A stretch of 64,000 nt of DNA from an uncultured Acidobacteriota bacterium (GTDB taxonomy: Bacteria > Acidobacteriota > Blastocatellia > RBC074), in assembly GCA_963796275.1 (NCBI GenBank), contig CAWCKY010000006.1:1322828-1386827 (forward strand). Direction: 5' to 3'. Shown here piece after piece: positions 39,038 to 50,461 of this stretch (its first letter is position 1; the number at the start of each line of letters is the position of its first letter). A model generated the notes under the pieces. That model was given only the letters and a program-made list of their open reading frames with translations. It was not told the origin of the DNA and did not search any database. The translations under genes and the position numbers were made by a program.

Positions 39038-40273
39038 CTAGAAGATCACCACCATTGCTCCCTCGGGTATTCGATCATAGAAACTGCGAATATCGCGAAT
39101 GTGCATAACCACACAACCCCAGGACAGATGGCGCGGGCCGTTATTATTCCACTCGTTTATCCAACCGTGAAAACCTATGCCTCCGCCTAGTCTCGTGCTC
39201 TCCATTGTGGGGGCGCGTTTTTCCCAGCTAGCGCTGATTTTTGTCTCCTGCTCGGTAGAGATCACATTATCTGCCTTGCCCCACGCGGCATCGTACTTAT
39301 TCGGATAATTGAATTTGATCCAATGGCCGCCATAGTATTTTCCATATTCACCATCGAAATGGCCGCGATGCTTATGAATGACGAAATACATTCCTTTCGG
39401 GGTTTTATTATCTCCCTGCTTGCGTTTCTGTCCCTTGCTCTGACCGAAGCTGACATCATACTCACCCTGCCTTTTACCCTTTTCGTAAAGCCGCATCTTA
39501 TAGCTCGCCTGGTCTACCAGGACAAGCGTAGCTTCCTGCTGCGGCACGAATAGTTTGCGGTGATCGTTGATGAACTCTGTGGGAGCGGCGTAGTGTTTGC
39601 CTACCCAGGCAACATCTTTCCCGTCCGATGATGGCCAGTATGTGGGCGAAAGTGTTTCATTCAATCTGAGCTCAAGATGTAAATGTGCCTTGAAGAGTTT
39701 CTCCGGGTCTTGCCCGATGCTGGCGATCAGCTGTCGCCTGCGCACGTCCTGCCCGCTTTGTACTTTTATCTCTAATAGGTGGGCATAGAGTGAACGAATT
39801 TTTCGTTTCTCGTAATTCTCATAATATGTATGCTCGATAATGATCACATTTCCCCAAAGCCTGCCGCAATGCGCGGCAAAGATCACCCGCCCGTTTGCCA
39901 CCGCGTAGACGTCTTGTCCGAGGTCTGTATCTCCTCCGCCTGCGCCATTCCAGTCTTCACCAGGATGAATTCCGAGACTATATTCTTCGGCAAACCGTGT
40001 GGCGACATACCAACCGTTATGCTGCTTACCGGTCGCTTTATCTGTATAAAATCCTTCGCCCTCAGCATCTCCAACCGGGAAATCGAAGCCGTCCGCGGGT
40101 GGAGCTTCAGCGTTAATATATTCGTCAAAGACATTAGCATTTGGGCGCGAAGGATGTGTTGGATTCGGTTGAATCCCGTGGGAATTGGTACAGGCACTCG
40201 TAAAGAGCGCCGAGGCTAAGGACAAATAAATTATGATGAGATCACTGTGCCTGTTCACAATTGTCATAAGCAT
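39038..40273 (-). CDS. lipoprotein fusing an M23 metallopeptidase domain to a YkuD-type L,D-transpeptidase domain
   Basis: The lipobox is LFTSAC. The M23 motifs are HPGEDW, GNVIIIEH, YAHL and HLHLELR. The YkuD motifs are TPKGMYFVI and GIGFHGW...LSWGCVVM. Confidence 0.8.
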   Translation of the reverse strand: MLMTIVNRHSDLIIIYLSLASALFTSACTNSHGIQPNPTHPSRPNANVFDEYINAEAPPADGFDFPVGDAEGEGFYTDKATGKQHNGWYVATRFAEEYSLGIHPGEDWNGAGGGDTDLGQDVYAVANGRVIFAAHCGRLWGNVIIIEHTYYENYEKRKIRSLYAHLLEIKVQSGQDVRRRQLIASIGQDPEKLFKAHLHLELRLNETLSPTYWPSSDGKDVAWVGKHYAAPTEFINDHRKLFVPQQEATLVLVDQASYKMRLYEKGKRQGEYDVSFGQSKGQKRKQGDNKTPKGMYFVIHKHRGHFDGEYGKYYGGHWIKFNYPNKYDAAWGKADNVISTEQETKISASWEKRAPTMESTRLGGGIGFHGWINEWNNNGPRHLSWGCVVMHIRDIRSFYDRIPEGAMVVIF

Positions 40274-40278
40274 AGATT

Positions 40279-41866
40279 ATGCTCCAAACTCATTTGTCTC
40301 ACATCGTCGATAATGCTTTTATCTATATTATGACTGATCATAATGCTAAACAGCCGGTAACGCCTAAGGATGCCGCGGCCATGATTTTATTACGAAATCA
40401 TGATGACCCGCAGGTATTTCTGGTGAAGCGGGCGAAGACCCTCGCTTTCATGGCGAATTATTACGCATTTCCCGGTGGCCAGCGTGATGCTGGCGACGCC
40501 GAAACCCCGGTTCTCAACGGTGATGGCATCGATGATGTCGTAATGCGCGTCTGCGCCATCAGAGAGCTGTTCGAAGAGACGGGGGTCTTGATTGCCAGGG
40601 GAGCGGAGGGCATGCCGGCAAAAAAGCTCAATACCCTACGTCACGAACTGAATTCGGACCAAACATCTTTCAAAGATTTGCTCGCGCGCCAAGGCCTGGC
40701 GCTCGATGCCAATCTGTTGGTCGAGGCGCCCCGCTGGGTGACGCCGGCGCATTCGCCGCGCCGCTACAACACGCGGTTCTTTGCCGCCTGGCTTCCGAAA
40801 GGCCAGGAGACCGAGGTCATTCCGGGTGAGCTGGAGCGGGGCGAATGGCTACGTCCCAAAGAGGCTCTGCAGCGGTGGGTCGACGGCGATTGTACCATCG
40901 TCACACCGATCGTTTTCGCACTGAAGGCTTTGGCTGAAGGCGTGGATGATTTCACCCGAAGAATGTATGCGGTCTCACAGCAGGAGCGCGACCATCTCGA
41001 GACGCGGATAGAGATGTGCTACGGCTTTTTCCTATGCCCATTGCGCACGCCGACGCTGCCGCCCGCGACGCATACCAACTGCTACCTTATCGGCGGCGAT
41101 CAAATGGTTATCGTCAGATCCCGGTTCGCCCTATCCCGATCAGCAGGAACTGCTCGACGAGGTAATCGTTCGGTTTCTCGCGCAGGGCAGAGCGATGCGC
41201 GAGATCATCGTCACCCATCTTCATCAGGACCATATCGGCGGCGTCATGCATCTTTCCCAAAAATTCAATCTGCCCGTCGCCGCGCACCGGATGACGGCTG
41301 AAGCGATAAAAGATGAAGTCCGCGTCGATCGCCTGATCGAAGATGGGGACCTGATCGAGATCAACGAGGCAGGAACAGGGGTCGCGTGGCGGTTGCGTGC
41401 GATGTGGACTCCGGGGCACGCGCGCGGCCATCTCAGCCTCTATGAAGACCGAACCGGGACGCTGTTGACGGGAGATTGCGTAGTCGGCTTCGGCACAGTC
41501 GTAATCGCCCCTCCCGAAGGGGACATGAGAGATTACCTCGTTTCACTGCGGAGGTTCCTCGCACTGCCGAGATTGACCTCTTTGATGCCGGGACATGGCC
41601 CGGTGCTCGTCGACGCGCGCGGCAAAATCGAAGAATATATCGCGCATCGCATCGATCGCGAGGCGCAGATCGTCGAGGTGATGATGAATGGCGATCGCGA
41701 AATTCCCGCGATCGTCAAAGCCATTTACACCGACGTGCCCGAGGCAATGCATAAATTGGCGGAGATGTCGGTGCTCGCTCATCTTGAAAAGCTTATGAGC
41801 GAGGGACGAGTTATACGAAGAGGGGAAAAATTCGAATTGTTTGACGATCCACAAATGCGATTTTAG
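40279..41866 (+). pseudogene. Nudix hydrolase fused to an MBL-fold metallo-hydrolase, split by a +1 insertion near 41116
   Basis: The N-terminal part has a Nudix box remnant (FPGGQRD...[11 protein letters not shown]). The second ORF has HLHQDHIGG and the rest of an MBL fold. Removing A41116 joins ...GGDQMVIV to [15 protein letters not shown]. The probable start is ATG 40330. Confidence 0.75.
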
Positions 41867-42067
41867 AATGTGGGTTTATAAGTTAAGCTTGTTGGTTCGC
41901 AGTGTCTTCAAAAGCACTCCGTAAATATAGCGCGTTCGCCGCCGAAGGCAGAGGACGCTGAGGTCGCGCAGAAAAAAACTGGTTTATAAAGTTTCCCTCT
42001 GCGTTTTCCTTCTGTCCCTCAGCGGTGAGCCGGTTATCATCCATCAAACAAAGAAAAGGGTGTCATT

Positions 42068-43405
42068 ATGTTCCCGCGCTCGCATTGTCTGTTTCTCTCA
42101 CTTTGCTTCATCGGGCTCATCCTGTCGACCGTTGCGCCGCCACTATCGAGCGCGCAATCGCAATATCGGCCGACACCGGAGAACCTGGAAGCGCGACGAT
42201 GGTTCCAGGATGCGAAATTCGGCCTCTTCATTCATTGGGGAGTTTACAGCGTGCTCGGAAAGGGCGAATGGGTGATGAATAATGACAAGATGGCGATCAG
42301 CGAGTACGAGAAATTGCCGGCGCAATTCAATCCCACGGAATTCGATCCGGCCCAATGGGTCGGATTGGCGAAAGCTGCGGGGATGAAGTACATCACGATC
42401 ACGAGCAAGCACCACGATGGATTCGCGATGTTCGATTCAAAACTCACTGATTGGGATATCGTAGACCGCACGCCTTACAAAAAAGATGTGCTCAAATTGC
42501 TCGCCGAGGAATGCCGGAAACAGGAGATAAAGCTGTTTTTCTACCACTCACAACTCGACTGGCGCTGTCCCGATTATTTTCCGCGCGGGCGGACGGGGCT
42601 GACGGCGGGCCGACCTGAAAGCGGCGAGTGGTTCAAGTATCTCGATTTCATGGACGGCCAGCTCAAAGAACTTTTGACGAATTACGGGCCCATCGGTGGG
42701 ATCTGGTTTGATGGAATGTGGGACAAGCCGGATGCTGACTGGCGGCTTGGACAGACCTACAAGCTGATTCATGATCTGCAGCCGGCGGCGCTCGTAGGAT
42801 CTAATCATCACTTGAAGCCGTTCCCCGGCGAAGATTTTCAGATGTTCGAGAAGGATCTGCCCGGGCAGAAGACCTCGAGCTTCAACGAAAAGTCGGAGAT
42901 CGGAGATCTGCCGCTCGAAACCTGCGAGACGATCAACGGGGCGTGGGGTTACAATGCTGATGATAAAAAGTTCAAAAGCACCAAAGATCTGATTCATTAT
43001 CTCGTGCGCGCCGCCGGATACGGCGCCAACTTCTTACTCAATGTCGGCCCGATGCCTGACGGTAGAATTCAGCCAGAGTTTGCCACCCGCTTGAAAGAGG
43101 TGGGACAGTGGTTGGAGAAGAATGGAGAATCGATCTACGGCACGCGCGGCGGTCCGCTAACTCCGCGCCCGTGGGGCGTGACCACGAGAAAGGGAAATAA
43201 GGTCTATCTTCATCTTATCAATTGGCAGGACCCGGTCTTGTCGATGCCGAAAATGCCGCAGAAGGTCAAATCAGCGAAGTTTCTCAAAGACGGTAGCAAA
43301 GTCGAATTTCTCGAACACGACAAATACGGGTTCTTCGTCAGAATCCCGCAGAACGCCATAGATGAGATCGACACAATCGTTGTGCTCGAACTCGCCGGGA
43401 GCTAA
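42068..43405 (+). CDS. alpha-L-fucosidase (GH29), exported
   Basis: It has a signal peptide. WFQDAKFGLFIHWGVYSVLGKGEW and HHDGFAMFDS are GH29 hallmarks. Confidence 0.9.
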   Translation: MFPRSHCLFLSLCFIGLILSTVAPPLSSAQSQYRPTPENLEARRWFQDAKFGLFIHWGVYSVLGKGEWVMNNDKMAISEYEKLPAQFNPTEFDPAQWVGLAKAAGMKYITITSKHHDGFAMFDSKLTDWDIVDRTPYKKDVLKLLAEECRKQEIKLFFYHSQLDWRCPDYFPRGRTGLTAGRPESGEWFKYLDFMDGQLKELLTNYGPIGGIWFDGMWDKPDADWRLGQTYKLIHDLQPAALVGSNHHLKPFPGEDFQMFEKDLPGQKTSSFNEKSEIGDLPLETCETINGAWGYNADDKKFKSTKDLIHYLVRAAGYGANFLLNVGPMPDGRIQPEFATRLKEVGQWLEKNGESIYGTRGGPLTPRPWGVTTRKGNKVYLHLINWQDPVLSMPKMPQKVKSAKFLKDGSKVEFLEHDKYGFFVRIPQNAIDEIDTIVVLELAGS

Positions 43406-43441
43406 CCGGCATAATCAAAATAAATTGGAGGCATATATTAA

Positions 43442-43570
43442 ATGGGTAGAGGAGATCAAAGAACCAAACGAGGCAAGATCAGCCGAGGCACAAAAGGCAA
43501 AACACGCCCGAGCCCGAGGCGAAAGCGGAGAACGAAAGCAGCCAGGAAATCGGCAACCCCCGCTAGCTAG
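43442..43570 (+). CDS. 30S ribosomal protein THX (bTHX), 42 aa, absent from the ORF track
   Basis: The translation is MGRGDQRTKRGKISRGTKGKTRPSPRRKRRTKAARKSATPAS. The N-terminus matches Thermus Thx ([23 protein letters not shown], from memory). GGAGG lies ~10 nt upstream. The stop is TAG at 43568-70. Confidence 0.8.
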   Translation: MGRGDQRTKRGKISRGTKGKTRPSPRRKRRTKAARKSATPAS

Positions 43571-43711
43571 CCGCGTCAAGCGTAGAGCAGACGAAACATA
43601 CGGAATAAGCGAAACATACGATAATTATCAAGCTTTCTTCGTGGTCGCTTATTTCGCTGTTTCGTAGCCCCTATCACGTAAAATCCCTGGCATTTTTTTT
43701 CAATGACAACT

Positions 43712-43746
43712 CAAAAAAATAACCCGCCGTGTTTCAACGACGGGTT
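43712..43746 (-). terminator. intrinsic terminator of the 43808..44038 gene
   Basis: AACCCG.CGT / ACG.CGGGTT forms the stem (43721-43746). On the minus strand it is followed by TTTTTTT, the complement of the A-run at 43713-19. Confidence 0.7.
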
Positions 43747-43807
43747 GATAAGGAGAGAGAAAAGTAACTGGAGGGTTCTCTCCAGACTCTAGAATGACCA
43801 AGAAAAA

Positions 43808-44038
43808 TTAGTTCCTCTTCCTGTCGCCACCTTTTTTTCCATCCCGGGGTTTATTCTTATCTGACTTATCACCACCGCCCCTTTTGTCGCCTTTTTCTTT
43901 CGGCCGTTCACGTGGTTTATCGCGGCGTTGATCTTCATTAGGATGAGCGACTCCGGTATCGGTATGAGCGACTCCGGTAAAAACCAGCGTCATACTTAAA
44001 AAGAATATTGCGGCTATATTTTTTATTATTTTCATCAT
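43808..44038 (-). CDS. small secreted, highly charged (K/R/D-rich) protein
   Basis: It has the signal peptide MMKIIKNIAAIFFLSMTLVFTG and an internal duplication, VAHTDTG-VAHP. The tail is a Lys/Arg/Asp/Gly low-complexity stretch, and a terminator lies downstream. Confidence 0.5.
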   Translation of the reverse strand: MMKIIKNIAAIFFLSMTLVFTGVAHTDTGVAHPNEDQRRDKPRERPKEKGDKRGGGDKSDKNKPRDGKKGGDRKRN

Positions 44039-44413
44039 ATGCTCCCCCCTGCAACATCAGTTTCGTAATTTACTGCTTCTGATTGATGAAAAGGGGCCGA
44101 CTATACTACGTAACTTTTATCGCAACTTTTCTAAATCGCGACGATCTTAGCAGATATATTTAGTCATTGAGAAATTGCTGGCTCGACATTTTTGAGGGCC
44201 ACGAGCCTTTAAAACCTGCGACGATAATTGAATACGCAACCTTCGTGCCAGGTAATAGATTCCCAAGACAAAGCTGTAAGTTCCAAAGAAAGTGGTATTT
44301 ATATAGTCGAACGAAGAGCGGTTGGGAATTTTGCTGTTGTTTAATGTCTGATACGGTTTACTTACTCACGATTTGGGATATGTCGGTTATCGACGATCAG
44401 GGGTGAGGTCAAT

Positions 44414-44902
44414 ATGTATTGTCCAAGATGTGGTAATCATCCGGCGACGGAGCGAGTACGATTCTGTCCGAGCTGCGGGTTACGATTGGATGGGGTCTTT
44501 GAACTGCTCGTGCGGGATGGTCACCCGGCAAATTCTTTTGTGATTCCGCCGGTCAAAGAGCCGTCACCGCGTAAGCGTGGAGTAAGGCAGGGAGCCAAGA
44601 TGTGTTTTTTCAGCATCGTGTCGTTCCTGCCGTTTTTAGCTTTCTGTGTTGCTGTCGATAGCGGCGTCCCGATGTTCCTGCCTGCGACCTCTTTTTTCGC
44701 CGGTATTTTTTGGATGCTCTATTACAGGCTGTTCGCGGACGAGTACGAGTTGCCGGTAAAAAATCTCCAGGCAGCTGCTCAGGTCGCGGCGCCGCCTGCC
44801 TACCGACCGCCGCCGCAATCCCTGCCGGGTTACCGGTCACCAGTAGAGCAACAACAGCAGAGCGTCGTCGAGAATACGACGCGGTCATTGGGGAGCGAAT
44901 AG
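44414..44902 (+). CDS. zinc-ribbon membrane protein (paralogue of 8164..8649)
   Basis: CPRCG..x..CPSCG at the N-terminus, then two TM helices and a P/Q-rich tail ending in VVENTTRSLGSE. Confidence 0.7.
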   Translation: MYCPRCGNHPATERVRFCPSCGLRLDGVFELLVRDGHPANSFVIPPVKEPSPRKRGVRQGAKMCFFSIVSFLPFLAFCVAVDSGVPMFLPATSFFAGIFWMLYYRLFADEYELPVKNLQAAAQVAAPPAYRPPPQSLPGYRSPVEQQQQSVVENTTRSLGSE

Positions 44903-44924
44903 CGCACAATTTCGCCAACTACTG

Positions 44925-45177
44925 CAGTTTTCAGATGAGTATTCAGGGTTTGAGGATTGCAGAGCGCTTTTGCGTGCGGTTGCTTGCAACCGCTTTGATA
45001 GTCGATTGCTTCACTACTTGCTTACGAGACAACTGAGTACTGAGCAATTCCTCAAATAACGGTGGTTGTGGAAGGCCATTGGGTGACTCTGTGAAAATCC
45101 GGATCGCGATATCTGACTAACAATACGGTTGCAAGCAAGCAACCGCACTCCGAATGCTATTACTCAGCTGAAAACCG
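44925..45177. repeat. ~250-nt element bounded by ~55-nt imperfect inverted repeats (MITE-like)
   Basis: The left end is CAGTTTTCAGATGAGTATT...GCGTGCGGTTGCTTGCAACCGC (44925-44993). The reverse complement of the right end is CGGTTTTCAGCTGAGTAAT...GAGTGCGGTTGCTTGCTTGCAACCGT (45125-45177). No ORF lies inside and no target-site duplication is evident. Confidence 0.6.
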
Positions 45178-45189
45178 TTATAACTGGCG

Positions 45190-46584
<1,395 letters not shown>

Positions 46585-46809
46585 TGCAGCACGAAGAAAG
46601 TCGAAAAAGAAATTATAGGGCGCAAAGAATATCCGGAATGATCGCGATCATGTCAAGAAAAACTCAGTGAAGTAAGGCAAAACCCGCAGCCGCAGAGGAG
46701 GGAGAGTTTAATGATTCCTCGATTTTTTTACTACCTCTCGCATCCGTCCCCTCGCCCGCGGTGACCGGCTTTCTTCCATAAACCTTGACACTTACCCCAG
46801 TACTGAGTT

Positions 46810-48082
46810 TTGATTGCCCGCACTGATCAGGGGGGGAAGATTATGAAACCGACACGTCGAAACGTTTTGCGCAGCGGTCTCGGGATTGCTGCGATGATGG
46901 GCGCACCTGACATCTTGATTGCCGGGGATAAATCGGCTCATTCGGAGATCGATCAACCTATGAGAGAGGGAGCTAATGGATTGACAAAAGGAGACATTAC
47001 GACACCAGCCTTGATTCTCGATCTCGACCTGCTCGAAGCGAACATCGAAAAAATGTCCAAACACGCGAAGGCGTCGAAGATCGATCTGCGGCCGCATGGG
47101 AAAACGCACAAGTGTCCGGAGATCGCGCTTCGCCAGATCAAGGCGGGAGCGATTGGTCTCAGCGTGGCGACGATCAGGGAGGCCGAGGCGATGTCAGCCT
47201 CAGGTGTGAAAGGTCTGCTGATAACTTCGGAGTTGGTTGGCAAGCCCAAGATAGAACGACTCATAAAACTGGCGCGCAGGGCGACGGATACGATTGCGGT
47301 AGTCGATAATCCCGCCCACGCTCAGCAACTGAGCGAAGCGGCTGCTGCTGCCCGCATAAATTTAAATCTTTTGCTCGATGTCGACCCGGGCGGTAGACGC
47401 ACCGGCGTCCAGCCCGGCGACGCCGCGGTCTCATTGGCGGAGAAGATAATTAAACTGCCTAACCTCAGGCTTCGCGGAATTCACGGCTATTCCGGAGCTT
47501 CGGCGCATGTCAGCGGGTTCGAGGAGCGTAAGAATCATTCGATCAAGGTCATGACGCCGATTATCGAGACCTTCACGCGCCTCAAGAAAATGGGTTTGCC
47601 GATGGAGATCATGTCCGGTGCAAGCACAGGCACATACAACATCGACACCGGACTCGAAGGGATGACTGAATTACAGGTCGGTATCCTATGTCTTTATGGA
47701 TGTCGAGTATCGCGGCATCGGTGGTAAAGGCGGGGCGGTTTATGACGACTTCGCGCCGTCGCTTACGGTTATGGCGACGGTTATCAGTAAGAATTATCCG
47801 GATCGTGCGACGATCGACGCCGGCATCAAAGCATTCGCGACCGATCGTGTGAAGCTCACTCCCGAGATCCGGGGAATCGATGGTGTCACGATGGGTTATG
47901 GAGGCGACGAACACGGTATTCTGACGCTCAATAATCCCGGACGCGATCTCAAGATCGGAGACCGCGTCGAATTTATCGCGCCGCATTGCGATCCCAACGT
48001 GAATTTGTACGACCGCATTTATTGCGTGCGAGGCGATAAAGTGATCGATATATGGCGTACCGTAGGGCGATATGGTGATTAA
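46810..48082 (+). pseudogene. Tat-exported DSD1/D-threonine-aldolase-family PLP enzyme split by a +1 insertion near 47683
   Basis: The Tat signal is MKPTRRNVLRSGLGIAAMMGA, from ATG 46843. The PLP-lysine motif is LRPHGKTHKCPEIA. Removing A47683 restores ELQVG-SYVFMDVEYRGIGG and joins 46810..47727 to 47696..48082. Confidence 0.8.
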
Positions 48083-49493
48083 TACAGAAAAAGAGCGACT
48101 GACCGTCGCATTTCAGGGCGAGCAACCTTCCTTGCCGGCAGGGGTCAGCGCGATCGGCGTTGGCTCTTTCAACTCCGGGTCGGCGATTCGTATTCTGCTT
48201 GAAATCTGGAAGACCGACTATCTGCTGGTTTTATTGCCGGGCGTGCCGTTAAAAGGGGGCGAGGGGGCGCTGGAGAGACTGGTCCGGGTTGCTGATGACA
48301 CGGGCGCCGGAATGATCTATTGCGATTTTTCCGAAGAGAATGGAGATCAGCTGGTCGATCACCCGCTGATCGATTATCAACCCGGCAGCATCCGCGATAA
48401 CTTCGATTTCGGCTCGGTGTTGTTCTTTTCGCGCGATCAGGTCCTTAGGGCATTGCAGCAGCACGGCGAGGTCCCCCGGGATTTGAATTGGGGAGGGCTT
48501 TACGATCTACGTCTCAAGCTTTCCATTGATTCGTCTATTATTCGCCTACCGGAGCCGCTCTATACGCGGTCTGCCGCTCCTCAGAATGGGGGCGGCGAAA
48601 AAATTTTCGATTATGTGGACCCTCGTAATCGCGATTATCAAATTGAGATGGAGCGAATCGCGACCGGACACCTCAAGCGCATAGGCGCTTATATCGAGCC
48701 TGATTTCGCGCGTGTTCCGGAAACATCTGAGAGATTTCCAGTGAAGGCTAGCGTCATCATCCCGGTGCGCAACCGGGTAAAGACGATTGCCGATGCGGTC
48801 AAAAGCGCGCTCAACCAGCGAACCGAATTTCCGTTCAATGTCATCGTCGTCGATAACCACTCGACCGATGGCACATCGTATATCTTGCAGAAGCTTGCGG
48901 CATACGATGCGAAGTTGATTCCCATCGTCCCGGAGCGCAGCGATCTCGGCATTGGCGGCTGCTGGAACGAGGCGATCTACTCGGAGCATTGCGGACGGTA
49001 CGTGGTACAGCTCGATTCCGATGATATTTATGCGGATAACGACGTTCTCGCTCGCATCGTCAATGAGTTTGAACGGGGGCGTTACGCCATGGTCATCGGC
49101 TCATATACGATCGTAGATTTTGATATGAACGAGTTGCCTCCGGGGTTGATCGATCATCGCGAGTGGACGCGCGAGAACGGTCACAACAATGCGCTGCGAA
49201 TCAACGGCCTCGGCGCTCCCCGGGCTTTCGACATGACCGTGTTGCGCGAGATAGGGTTACCGAATGTGAGTTATGGAGAAGATTACGCCGTCGCCCTGCG
49301 CATCAGCCGTGAGTATGAGATCGGGAGGATTTACGACTCGATCTATTACGCGCGCCGCTGGTCGGGCAATTCGGACAACGTGCTGCCGCAGGCGACGATG
49401 AATCGCTATGACGCCTACAAGGATCGGTTGCGCACGATTGAGATTCTCGCCCGTCAAAAAATCAACTCGGATAAGCGGGGGCGTACCAGATGA
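48072..49493 (+). CDS. glycosyltransferase family 2 protein with an extra N-terminal GT-A-like domain
   Basis: The C-terminal half has ASVIIPVRNR...TIADAVKSAL, VVDNHSTDGT and QLDSDD. The N-terminal ~220 aa look like a degenerate second GT-A domain. It overlaps the upstream gene by 11 nt. Confidence 0.8.
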   Translation: MVINTEKERLTVAFQGEQPSLPAGVSAIGVGSFNSGSAIRILLEIWKTDYLLVLLPGVPLKGGEGALERLVRVADDTGAGMIYCDFSEENGDQLVDHPLIDYQPGSIRDNFDFGSVLFFSRDQVLRALQQHGEVPRDLNWGGLYDLRLKLSIDSSIIRLPEPLYTRSAAPQNGGGEKIFDYVDPRNRDYQIEMERIATGHLKRIGAYIEPDFARVPETSERFPVKASVIIPVRNRVKTIADAVKSALNQRTEFPFNVIVVDNHSTDGTSYILQKLAAYDAKLIPIVPERSDLGIGGCWNEAIYSEHCGRYVVQLDSDDIYADNDVLARIVNEFERGRYAMVIGSYTIVDFDMNELPPGLIDHREWTRENGHNNALRINGLGAPRAFDMTVLREIGLPNVSYGEDYAVALRISREYEIGRIYDSIYYARRWSGNSDNVLPQATMNRYDAYKDRLRTIEILARQKINSDKRGRTR

Positions 49494-50461
49494 CCTGGGA
49501 TGACCGAATTCTCGGCGACGCCGATCTCAAGCCATTTCAGCAAAAAGAGAAGAGTTTTGGCGCGCGCGTGCGTGGCCTGGTTGCGCAGCAACTTGAGACG
49601 TGGCCGATGCTCCGTGACGGCACCGCAGGTTTGGCCGAAGTCCGATACAAAAAACTGTCGGTGCGCGGATCCGATGTGCTGGCGCAGTTCAATCCGAAGC
49701 GCATCATCAGTACCACGGCGCGCGTCGATTCCGCGACGATCGGGCAGCGTCCGTGTTTTCTCTGTCCCGCAAACCTACCGCCGGAAGAGAAGGGAATTGA
49801 ATTCGGCGAAGACTTGATCGTCTTGTGCAACCCCTTTCCGGTCCTGCGCGATCATCTGGTCGCTACCGCGCGCCGGCACATTCCGCAAGCGATTGAAGGA
49901 AACTTCAGCGTGCTGCTCGATCTAAGCCGGGAGCTGGGAGAGGAATGGTTCACGGTTTACAACGGACCGAAATGCGGCGCCTCGGCCCCCGATCATCTGC
50001 ATTTTCAGGCCTGCTCGCGCGAGATTCTGCCCATTATCAATGACATCGATCGCTGGGACCGGAAGCCCTTCCATACCAGTTCAGCAGTCGAGTCTTTCAC
50101 GCTTCGGAAGTATCGCGTTAATTCGATAATCGGACGCAGCAGCGAGCGCGAAACTCTGATCGGCTGGTTCGATGGCGTGCTCAGACGGTTAGCGGGAGAT
50201 GGCGACGAAGAGCCAATGATCAATCTGATCGTCACCTGTGATGAAAAAGCGGTATGGACAGTGATCGTCTTCCCGCGGAGCCGGCATCGGCCATCCTGTT
50301 ATTATGCCGAGGGAGATGCAATGCTGACGGTCAGCCCGGCGGCGATCGACCTCGGCGGAGTCCTGGTCGTGCCGCAAGCCGATCACTTCGAACGCATCAG
50401 CGCGCAGGATGTCGAGCAAATTTATACTGAAGTGACATCTGAGATTGAATTTGGAATTTGA
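49490..50461 (+). CDS. DUF4922 / HIT-superfamily (GalT-branch) nucleotidyl-transferase or phosphorylase-like protein
   Basis: CFLCPANLPPEEKG and SAPDHLHFQA (HxHxQ) are typical of Ap4A-phosphorylase/GDP-hexose-phosphorylase-like HIT proteins. The start overlaps the GT2 stop (ATGA). Confidence 0.7.
   Translation: MTWDDRILGDADLKPFQQKEKSFGARVRGLVAQQLETWPMLRDGTAGLAEVRYKKLSVRGSDVLAQFNPKRIISTTARVDSATIGQRPCFLCPANLPPEEKGIEFGEDLIVLCNPFPVLRDHLVATARRHIPQAIEGNFSVLLDLSRELGEEWFTVYNGPKCGASAPDHLHFQACSREILPIINDIDRWDRKPFHTSSAVESFTLRKYRVNSIIGRSSERETLIGWFDGVLRRLAGDGDEEPMINLIVTCDEKAVWTVIVFPRSRHRPSCYYAEGDAMLTVSPAAIDLGGVLVVPQADHFERISAQDVEQIYTEVTSEIEFGI

Noticed and set aside
43362-43667. A 101-aa ORF overlapping the end of the fucosidase gene and the THX locus.
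   Set aside because: A different frame encodes a recognisable THX protein with its own RBS. The 101-aa frame is a Lys/Arg/Glu-rich by-product of that basic gene.
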